A DNA stretch of 64,000 nt. Origin: Opitutia bacterium (GTDB lineage Bacteria; Verrucomicrobiota; Verrucomicrobiia; Opitutales; T3Sed10-336). The stretch is from NCBI GenBank assembly GCA_003566885.1, contig PXBO01000107.1, positions 17,924 through 81,923 of the forward strand. Direction: 5' to 3'. Positions 26,397-33,621 of this stretch are shown here, in pieces (positions within the stretch are counted from its first letter, which is position 1; every line of letters starts with the position of its first letter). The translations under genes and the position numbers were made by a program. The notes under the pieces are model-generated. The model did no database searches. It was given only the letters and a program-made list of their open reading frames with translations, and was not told the origin of the DNA.

Positions 26397-28034
26397 ATGT
26401 CGTTTCTTTCGGTGATGTACCTGGCACAGGGACTGCCCTGGGGGTTCGTCTCCGTCGCCCTTACCGGGTACATGTACGAGCAGGGAATGAGCACCAGCGA
26501 GGTCGGAATGCTTCTGGCAATGGCAATGTGGCCCTGGCCCTTCAAATGGGCGCTGGGTCCGATCGTCGATCGCTGGACCATCCTGTCGATGGGAAGACGG
26601 CGGCCGTGGATCATTCTAGCTCAGGGCTGTATGGTGATTTCGACCCTCACCATTCTCAGCGTTCCGGATATCACCTCCGAGATACGGCTGCTTGGCCTTG
26701 TTTTGATGCTGCACAACTGCTTCGTCGCCCTGCAGGACGTGGGCGTGGACGCCCTGGCGGTCGACATTCTCAAAGATGGCGAGAGGGAGAAGGCCAATGC
26801 CGTGATGTTCGCCTCTTCGCACATCGGAACCTTTGTGGGCAGCGCCGGCCTGGGATTTCTCATCGGCTCCTACAACCTCCACACCGGCCTGTGGGTACTT
26901 GTCGGAATGCAAATCACAATTTTGCTGTTCCCGATTCTTATGCGTGAACGTTCAGGCGAGAAGGTGATGCCGTGGACTAAAGGACAGGCACGCGCCGAAG
27001 TCGTTGCCAGGGAGAACGTGGACATCTTTCAACTGGCCCGCAGAATCGCCCGGGCGTTCAGTCTTCGCACCACCATTCTCGGGGTGGTTCTGGCTCTTAC
27101 GGTCATGGTCGGCATGATGATGACCTCACTGATTTTTCAGCGGTTCGTAATTCAGGACGTGAATACGGAAATTTTCAGCATTTCCGGAGGAGAAGATGTG
27201 AGGGCGGTCCTGGATGGCGGTGAAATCCCGGTGACCGTGTTCGAACAATTCCGCGAGGCCGGATTCCCCATCGGCGAAGCCGTGGACCCGGAAGAAGAGC
27301 TTCCTTGGCTGGTACGCCTTTTTTCACGCGACCGGCCCGACCAGGTCGAAGCACGCCTGCAACCGGATCCTGAGTTGGAATTCGAGGGTTGGGCCATCGT
27401 TTTTGGCAACACCCGGTATACCGTCAGAGAGACGGAAAGGGAATGGCCCGTTTACCGAGGCTGGACGCAGGCACGGTACAGCGTTTACAGCGGCACAACC
27501 GTCCTGACCGCGGTCATCGCCGCCTTGTTCGGCGGATTTCTCGGCAGCCGTTTCGGCGTCAAGAAAATCGCCGGTATCGGAACGGTGCTTCTTGGCGGCA
27601 CTTGGATCGCTTTCGCTTTCATCCTGCACTCGGAGGCCAACGATTCCACCGTGCTCCTTTTCATGCATATCGATCAATTCTTTACCGGCCTTCTCACGGT
27701 GGCTCTTTGGGCGATGTTCATGCAAATCTCCTGGCCGGTCGTGGCGGCGACGCAATTCACCGCTTACATGGCCCTGCTGAACGTTTCCCGCATCATCGGC
27801 AGTCAATTCGCGGGGGCCTCCGAAAGCTACATGGAAAACGCGGAATGGGCGATCCAGGCATCAGCCCGTCTGGAGATCGATTCCGTGCCTCTCCTGCTAC
27901 TCGTGGCCGGAGTTATCCAGATCGCCATCATCGTCATCATCATTCTGATCGACCCCACCCAAACCCGGCGCGTACTCGGCGGTCTGAATGGCGAATCTCA
28001 AAGGGGGGTGTCCGGCGAAGAGGACGTCCCCTGA
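26397..28034 (+). CDS. AmpG/PAT-family MFS transporter with a roughly 100-aa insertion
   Basis: The ORF starts at GTG 26367 and the first ATG is at 26397 (MSFLSVMYLAQGLPWGF..). AmpG-like motifs: GLPWGF, FKWALGPIVDRW..GRRRPWI, ALQDVGVDALAVDIL, ATQFTAYMALLNVSRIIG. The hydrophilic insertion is encoded at about nt 27138-27491. Confidence 0.8.
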   Translation: MSFLSVMYLAQGLPWGFVSVALTGYMYEQGMSTSEVGMLLAMAMWPWPFKWALGPIVDRWTILSMGRRRPWIILAQGCMVISTLTILSVPDITSEIRLLGLVLMLHNCFVALQDVGVDALAVDILKDGEREKANAVMFASSHIGTFVGSAGLGFLIGSYNLHTGLWVLVGMQITILLFPILMRERSGEKVMPWTKGQARAEVVARENVDIFQLARRIARAFSLRTTILGVVLALTVMVGMMMTSLIFQRFVIQDVNTEIFSISGGEDVRAVLDGGEIPVTVFEQFREAGFPIGEAVDPEEELPWLVRLFSRDRPDQVEARLQPDPELEFEGWAIVFGNTRYTVRETEREWPVYRGWTQARYSVYSGTTVLTAVIAALFGGFLGSRFGVKKIAGIGTVLLGGTWIAFAFILHSEANDSTVLLFMHIDQFFTGLLTVALWAMFMQISWPVVAATQFTAYMALLNVSRIIGSQFAGASESYMENAEWAIQASARLEIDSVPLLLLVAGVIQIAIIVIIILIDPTQTRRVLGGLNGESQRGVSGEEDVP

Positions 28035-28049
28035 TATTATCAGCAAAGC

Positions 28050-28069
28050 AGCTGGTTTTTGCACCAGCT
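28050..28069. terminator. Short hairpin between convergent genes (possible bidirectional terminator)
   Basis: agctggt / accagct: a 7-bp stem with the loop tttttgc, lying in the 33-nt gap between the MFS stop (28034) and the minus-strand stop at 28068. There is no clear U-tract. Confidence 0.3.
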
Positions 28070-30104
28070 AGTCTCTCCAGAGCTCCACCGTGTCTAGCGC
28101 TCTCCGGGTATCATCAAAGATCTCAAGGGTCATTGTCGAACCCTCAACCTTCATCGCGCCATAATACATCCTGCGCAGGCCATCGCCCTCGTTATCGGTC
28201 GCCGCACCAAGACGTATATAGTCGATTTCACCCGCCTTCTGCCGTTGGTAGCCGCCAACCCGGCCATCTATTACCATGTCAACACCGAGCTCTTCACACA
28301 ATGGGAGCAGCACCTGGCGACTTTCATCCCCTCCTTCCGCGTCATCCGACCAGGAGTGTATGCCGGTGTAGACAAGTATCTTCCAGGGGGCAGCCGCCTC
28401 GGTGAGGTCGTTCACAAGCCACGCATGCTGCGCCGATCCCTCAGAATAGTCAGAACCGGGGTCCATCACGGTTACGTGAACGGGTCCGTATTGAAATGAG
28501 TAATACATCCCGGCCTCTAAATTGTAAGGGAACAGTTCCCGGAACAATGCCGGATCGCCAACCTCAGTCCCTGCGGCGCCGACGATCGGCATGCGCGCAA
28601 GAATATGCCTGGCGTGCCGTGCGAAGCTTTTCCGAGAGAAGAAATGTTCGTCCCAATCCCGGATCCCCTCGGCATCCGGGATCCAGTTCCCGGAATGGAG
28701 CAAAATCGAATGGTAGGCGGGGTCTTCGTAAATGTGATCGTAAAGCGCCCGGGAAACGTTTTCCAGTTCGGCCAGGCCGGACGAGGTCGAACCATACACC
28801 AGAAACTTCACCTTGTCGGTCTCCGGTTCCGGTGCGCTATAAAACATGCCGATATCGTAGGCATCACCAATCTGCAACTGGTAGGTGTAGTGCGCGTTCG
28901 GCTCGAGCTCGTCGAGGACAACCCGGTACAGGAACTTCTCCCCATCGTGCGGTCGGACTTCCACTTCACCCACCTCAAACTGGAATTGTTCCCTGCCCCA
29001 ACGGAACTCAACTTCCGCCTCTCGATCGGTCCGCCACAAGACCGTCATGCTCGAAGGATCGCCGTCATATACGAGATAGGGCCCCTGTACGAGTTCCGCA
29101 GGGGACGCGGAATTGATTGTCGTCGAACCGCGGGATACCGTTCCCCAGGTATCGTCCTCCAGGTTACGAACCACGCGAACCATTTCATCTCCCTGGATAC
29201 GGTACACGGCAAACCCGCGTACAGCATCCATGTGATAAACGGGAATACCGTTCCATTCGCTGACCCGGTGCGAATGATCGTGCCCCGCCATCAATGCGAT
29301 CACATTATACCCTTGAATCGTTTCCCACAGCCGAAGCACGTGCTCCTCGGTCCACCATGCCAGGTAATTACCCCACGCGTGAAGCGACCATCCATCGATG
29401 CTGTAATGTTGGAAGAGGATCACCGGCCGGCCGCTGTCGCCCACGTTTTCCTCCAAAGTCCGCCTGAGAAACTGGAGGCTCTTTTCGGCCGGATTGCCGT
29501 AGGACTGGCCTTTACGCTTGTATTCAGGATTCCCCGGATAGCGTTCATCGTTGTCCATCCCGGCGTATTCGTTCAATTGCACGAAATGGACTCCTTTGTA
29601 ATCGAGCGCGTAGTGTAGTCCGTTCTCCGAAATGCTCGCGAGGTGCGGGCGTTTAGGGTTGCGTTCGATGATGGCCCGACGCGCGTGACCGTTCGGGTGA
29701 GTAGACGGACGGCCGTCGTGATTACCCGCGCCCTCGTAAACCGGAAAATCCAGAAGCGCTTCGCCTCCGGCGAGCCCCCAGTCCTCGGCAAAAGCTGCAA
29801 AGTCCGATTCCTTCGCTTCGGTGAGGTCTCCGACAATGAACACCCCCATCGGCGTTCCCGCCACGCCTCCCACCTGCTCGGGATACAACGTCCCCGGAAT
29901 AGCATTCATCTTTTCGATAGCCCGCTGGAGGGCAGCACGTTTTTCCTCATGCTCCGCAGCACTCGTATCGTAGTGCGTGTCGCCGATGTGAATAAACGTA
30001 ATCTCTTCCCCCGGCACCGCGTGTCCAAAAAACGCGATCACCCAGCACAGCAAAAATAGGGTCCGAGGGTTACAGGGTCGGATTGTAGTCTCCTTTTTCA
30101 TCAC
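28068..30104 (-). CDS. Secreted two-module phosphoesterase: intact calcineurin-like metallophosphoesterase + purple-acid-phosphatase-like module with degenerate metal ligands
   Basis: 678 aa with signal-like TLFLLCWVIAFFGHAVPG. The N-terminal module has GDTHYD, VGDL, GNHD and AGHDH, and aligns along its length with the C-terminal module of 5853..8093 (for example ENVGDSGRPVIL in both). The C-terminal module (about nt 28071-29102) has a PAP-like Fn3 lead-in (SSMTVLWRTD..), but the canonical positions read GSTSS, SGNWIP, GAAGTE and DGRVGG. Confidence 0.85.
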   Translation of the reverse strand: MMKKETTIRPCNPRTLFLLCWVIAFFGHAVPGEEITFIHIGDTHYDTSAAEHEEKRAALQRAIEKMNAIPGTLYPEQVGGVAGTPMGVFIVGDLTEAKESDFAAFAEDWGLAGGEALLDFPVYEGAGNHDGRPSTHPNGHARRAIIERNPKRPHLASISENGLHYALDYKGVHFVQLNEYAGMDNDERYPGNPEYKRKGQSYGNPAEKSLQFLRRTLEENVGDSGRPVILFQHYSIDGWSLHAWGNYLAWWTEEHVLRLWETIQGYNVIALMAGHDHSHRVSEWNGIPVYHMDAVRGFAVYRIQGDEMVRVVRNLEDDTWGTVSRGSTTINSASPAELVQGPYLVYDGDPSSMTVLWRTDREAEVEFRWGREQFQFEVGEVEVRPHDGEKFLYRVVLDELEPNAHYTYQLQIGDAYDIGMFYSAPEPETDKVKFLVYGSTSSGLAELENVSRALYDHIYEDPAYHSILLHSGNWIPDAEGIRDWDEHFFSRKSFARHARHILARMPIVGAAGTEVGDPALFRELFPYNLEAGMYYSFQYGPVHVTVMDPGSDYSEGSAQHAWLVNDLTEAAAPWKILVYTGIHSWSDDAEGGDESRQVLLPLCEELGVDMVIDGRVGGYQRQKAGEIDYIRLGAATDNEGDGLRRMYYGAMKVEGSTMTLEIFDDTRRALDTVELWRD

Positions 30105-30122
30105 ACTCTTTCTTTTCGTTGC

Positions 30123-33100
30123 TCAGAGTTCGGAGGGACGAAAGACGCGGTCATAGATCCGCAGGTCGCGAATCGCTCCTTCGAAGTAGGTACGAGAGTT
30201 CTCATCCTGGCTACCCTGACCCCAACCAATGCGGTAATTCTTTCCCGCCAGACGATCGGGATCGGCCTCGTATTCGGTCGTCGCCGCAAGCTCGCCATCA
30301 AGGTAAACCGCCGCGCGGGTTCCGTCGAACGCAACAGTAACCCGTTGCCAGTTTCCGGGATGCACAGACACTGAAGTTCGCCAAAATCCCATGCCGTCGA
30401 GTCGGACGACAATCCGGTCGTCGATCAGTCCGAACCCGCTGCCATGCCGTCCTCCGTTGCGCTCATCGTTTGAGTCGAGAACCGGCCGGTAGTAGTCACC
30501 AGCGGAAAAACCGTCGGGGCGGATCTCCGCAGTCAGCATTCGCACAAGTCCGTTGGGAACGCCGGACTCCTCTCTCCTGTCGGCCTCGCCGAACTCGGCC
30601 GCCTCGCCACCGAAAAAAGTCCCGATTCTGGCTCCCGAGCGATACATCTCCCTTCGCAGTTCCTCTTGCGTCAACGCCGCGTTGTAGAAACGCATATCGT
30701 TAACTGCGGCGGCGAGCAGTCGCCCGTCGTCGTCACGCCCGAGGTAAAACGCCTCGGCTGCAGTGTAATCGTTAGCCCCCAGAAGCGTGTGAAGCCGAAG
30801 ATCCACCTCACCGCGTCCGACTGGTTCCCCGTCTACGTAAAGGATCCCTTCGCCTTCTTCAATGGTCATTGCAATGTGGCTCCACCGGTTCGCCGGGACA
30901 GACCGCTCAGCCTCGATCCGGATTTGGATGCCGTCATGAGAGAGCGAGAATCGCGGCCCGCGGTCGTCCCCGCCAAGATCCAGCAAGAAGTGCCCGCCTC
31001 CGGGGGAGTTCATGGAAATCAGCGGCCCCCGGTCTGCACCGGCCACCGGACGGACCCACATCGAAAACGTCGCTTCGTCGACGTCAGCCAGGCTCCGGTC
31101 CAGAATCACATATTGATCCACGCCGTTGAGTTCCAGTACCTGGTGATCAAAAAAGGCGGACTCCATCCGGCTGGGGTTGCCGCGAATCAGAGCGTGAAGT
31201 GCGCCGAATTCGTCCCAGAGCAGTTCGCCTCCCGGCTCGTCCACGCGATAGGACGCAATCAGGCCGCGCGGCTTGCGCTGTGTAACACTGTAAAAGTCCC
31301 GGAACCATCCTCCCCAGGGAACATGGTTGAAGTGGACGCCATCATCGAGGTTGTCGCCCATCGAATAGTCGTAATCCGCGATCGCGTATCCAGTTAGCTG
31401 ACCGTTCCCAAAAGGCTGGGCGCTACCTCGGACAATCGCGCGATCGGAGACGCGCGCCCCTCCCTCCATCGTCGCGTGCCCGGAGACGACAGCATGCCCC
31501 TCCGCATGCGAGTTCTGGGTCAATACTCCCCGGTCCCGAACGCGCGCCTCATCCGAAACCCGCGCCCTCCCGAGCACGGCCGCAAAACCCGAGACAATCG
31601 CCCGGTCCTCGACCGTTGCATTGTTGGCCACGACCGCAAAATCCTCAATCCGCGCACCACCCCGGACGGTCGCATTGTCGAGAACCCGGGCATTGGGCCC
31701 GACGTATGCGCTCTCATCGACGCTGGCGGTCGTGGCTACGAACCCTCCACCATAAGAATGTGCCGCCCCTTCGTCGTTGGTCCAGTCCAGTGGACGTTTG
31801 AGCGGTGACGCGTTCTCCAGGAAGAGCTCGTAAGGGTAACGTAACCGATCGACATGGCGACCGATGGGACGGGTGTTGCTGAAATCTGTCAGATTCAATG
31901 AAGTATCGCCCGGCGTCGCGACCACCACGATGTAAACCCGTTTATCGCTTTCCGTAAGTTCAAAAGACATCTCTCCCGGTCCCGACAATCCGCTGTAGCG
32001 TACCTCGTCCTCCGCATCGATGGCCACGAAACACCAGCGCCAGTCCTCGTCGCCGGCGAATAATTCCGATCCCCGCAGCGTCGCGGTCACGGTCGGACCC
32101 AGAGGTTCGATCTCGTGAAACATGAACGCGAACTTCTCCGGCGCGCGCTCGAGCGGCACACGGTACCAACCCGGTTCAGCAGCATCGGGAATCAGGTGCG
32201 AACCTGTGATATACTCGTAATACGCCCGATCCCTTTCGTTCGCCCAACGGTGCGCCCGGATCTCGGCAGAGTGGACGAAGTCGAGCATCGGCCAGTGCCG
32301 AATCGTGCTGGCGACGACGTCTTTGACGTCGTGCTCCTCGGGCAGCACCAGTTCAAGGCGTTCGTAAACGGTCTGCTCCGACGGGCCGACGGACCATAGC
32401 ACCGCGTCGATATTCGATGGGAGCCCCCAGGCCGCACCGTGGTCCGCAAGGGCCAGGTGAATCCGGTAATCGGCGTAAATCAGGCGAGAATGGTCCTGAC
32501 GGAAATTCGACTGCCGCAGTGGGTGGAGTTCCACGGTGGAACGATTCATCGGGGGAAATAATGGGCCGTAATACGTAGTGCGGTACTCTCGCAGAAAGTT
32601 AGCGTGCGACTCCCAATGACCGCCCGTGAGAATGCTTGACTGCGCACCCTGGATGGCATGCCCGAATTCGTGCGGCACCGGATTCCCCCAGCCTTCGTCG
32701 AGCAGTCCCGCCGGCGGTACGTTGAAATACGTAAAATCCCCGCCCCCCATCCAGAACCCACCGTACCAGGTGATGTGATTAAGCTTGTAGCGGGTGCCGT
32801 CACGCTGTGCGCGATCAGTGTGCTCAAACGGGTCCTCATACCCGAGCAATCTGCAAAACACCTGATAACTCTCCTCAAGCATCCGCAACGCTCTGCGGCC
32901 ATGAGTCTCGGGATCGAACCGGCCTTCGGTCGAATCGGACCACCACACGACGAAGTGTTTCGATTCAACACGGCTCACATCGTCAAGAGTCTCGTCTTCG
33001 AAGAAGTTGAGATCGGTATTCACTTGCAGCACATCACCCGGCAGGTCGCCGATCTCGATGTAGTCGATCTCAAACCCGCTCTCCCTGACCGCCGGCCCGC

Positions 33101-33620
33101 GGGGCGTGATGCGCAGGACGGTGAGCGGATCGCGCCACCAGATGATCAGTCCAAGGTCGATCCGGTACTCCCGCCATCCGCCGTCCGTGGGGATTTCCTC
33201 GCCGGGAATGTGGAACCGCCGATCCTCGGAGAAACCTTCGTGTTCGGTCGTGACAAAATCGACCGCGACGTACTCGTATTCACCCGGAGGGACGCGTAAC
33301 CGGAACTGCAGGTAATTGTGGAAACCGTAAGCAAGATCGGGTGCGTCCTCGATACCGTCCAGTTCCATCGCGACATAAGGAGAGCCGTTTTCCAAAGGAA
33401 TCACCCGAAGCGCGCCGTTGCGCACCTCCGCCCGCCCGCCTATCACCCGCCAGCCATCAAGGTCTCCCTGACTCCAATCCCCGAGAACAAATGAATTGGC
33501 AAGCCGCTCCTCCGGGGCGATGTCAATCTCGTAGACGATGCCGGCCGGCGAGACGCCGGCGACGGTAAGAGCAAAGAGTGCCCATATGAAACAAAGACAG
33601 GATGCCGTTGATCGCACCAT
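30123..33620 (-). CDS. Secreted HExxH zincin-like / left-handed beta-helix / 2x LamG multidomain protein
   Basis: The ORF runs 30123..33656; the start is set at Met13 (cat at 33618-33620), 1 nt after the upstream stop, giving the signal MVRSTASCLCFIWALFALTVAGVSPAG. HEFGH is encoded at nt 32658..32672 (PHEFGHAIQGAQSSILTGGHWESHANF). About 15 consecutive hexapeptide repeats A-x-V-x-[DGN]-x span nt 31407-31724. Two LamG-like modules are present (..FSMWVRPV..ILYVDGEPVG.. and ..WQRVTVAFDGTRAAVYLDGEL..). Confidence 0.8.
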   Translation of the reverse strand: MVRSTASCLCFIWALFALTVAGVSPAGIVYEIDIAPEERLANSFVLGDWSQGDLDGWRVIGGRAEVRNGALRVIPLENGSPYVAMELDGIEDAPDLAYGFHNYLQFRLRVPPGEYEYVAVDFVTTEHEGFSEDRRFHIPGEEIPTDGGWREYRIDLGLIIWWRDPLTVLRITPRGPAVRESGFEIDYIEIGDLPGDVLQVNTDLNFFEDETLDDVSRVESKHFVVWWSDSTEGRFDPETHGRRALRMLEESYQVFCRLLGYEDPFEHTDRAQRDGTRYKLNHITWYGGFWMGGGDFTYFNVPPAGLLDEGWGNPVPHEFGHAIQGAQSSILTGGHWESHANFLREYRTTYYGPLFPPMNRSTVELHPLRQSNFRQDHSRLIYADYRIHLALADHGAAWGLPSNIDAVLWSVGPSEQTVYERLELVLPEEHDVKDVVASTIRHWPMLDFVHSAEIRAHRWANERDRAYYEYITGSHLIPDAAEPGWYRVPLERAPEKFAFMFHEIEPLGPTVTATLRGSELFAGDEDWRWCFVAIDAEDEVRYSGLSGPGEMSFELTESDKRVYIVVVATPGDTSLNLTDFSNTRPIGRHVDRLRYPYELFLENASPLKRPLDWTNDEGAAHSYGGGFVATTASVDESAYVGPNARVLDNATVRGGARIEDFAVVANNATVEDRAIVSGFAAVLGRARVSDEARVRDRGVLTQNSHAEGHAVVSGHATMEGGARVSDRAIVRGSAQPFGNGQLTGYAIADYDYSMGDNLDDGVHFNHVPWGGWFRDFYSVTQRKPRGLIASYRVDEPGGELLWDEFGALHALIRGNPSRMESAFFDHQVLELNGVDQYVILDRSLADVDEATFSMWVRPVAGADRGPLISMNSPGGGHFLLDLGGDDRGPRFSLSHDGIQIRIEAERSVPANRWSHIAMTIEEGEGILYVDGEPVGRGEVDLRLHTLLGANDYTAAEAFYLGRDDDGRLLAAAVNDMRFYNAALTQEELRREMYRSGARIGTFFGGEAAEFGEADRREESGVPNGLVRMLTAEIRPDGFSAGDYYRPVLDSNDERNGGRHGSGFGLIDDRIVVRLDGMGFWRTSVSVHPGNWQRVTVAFDGTRAAVYLDGELAATTEYEADPDRLAGKNYRIGWGQGSQDENSRTYFEGAIRDLRIYDRVFRPSEL

Positions 33621-33621
33621 T

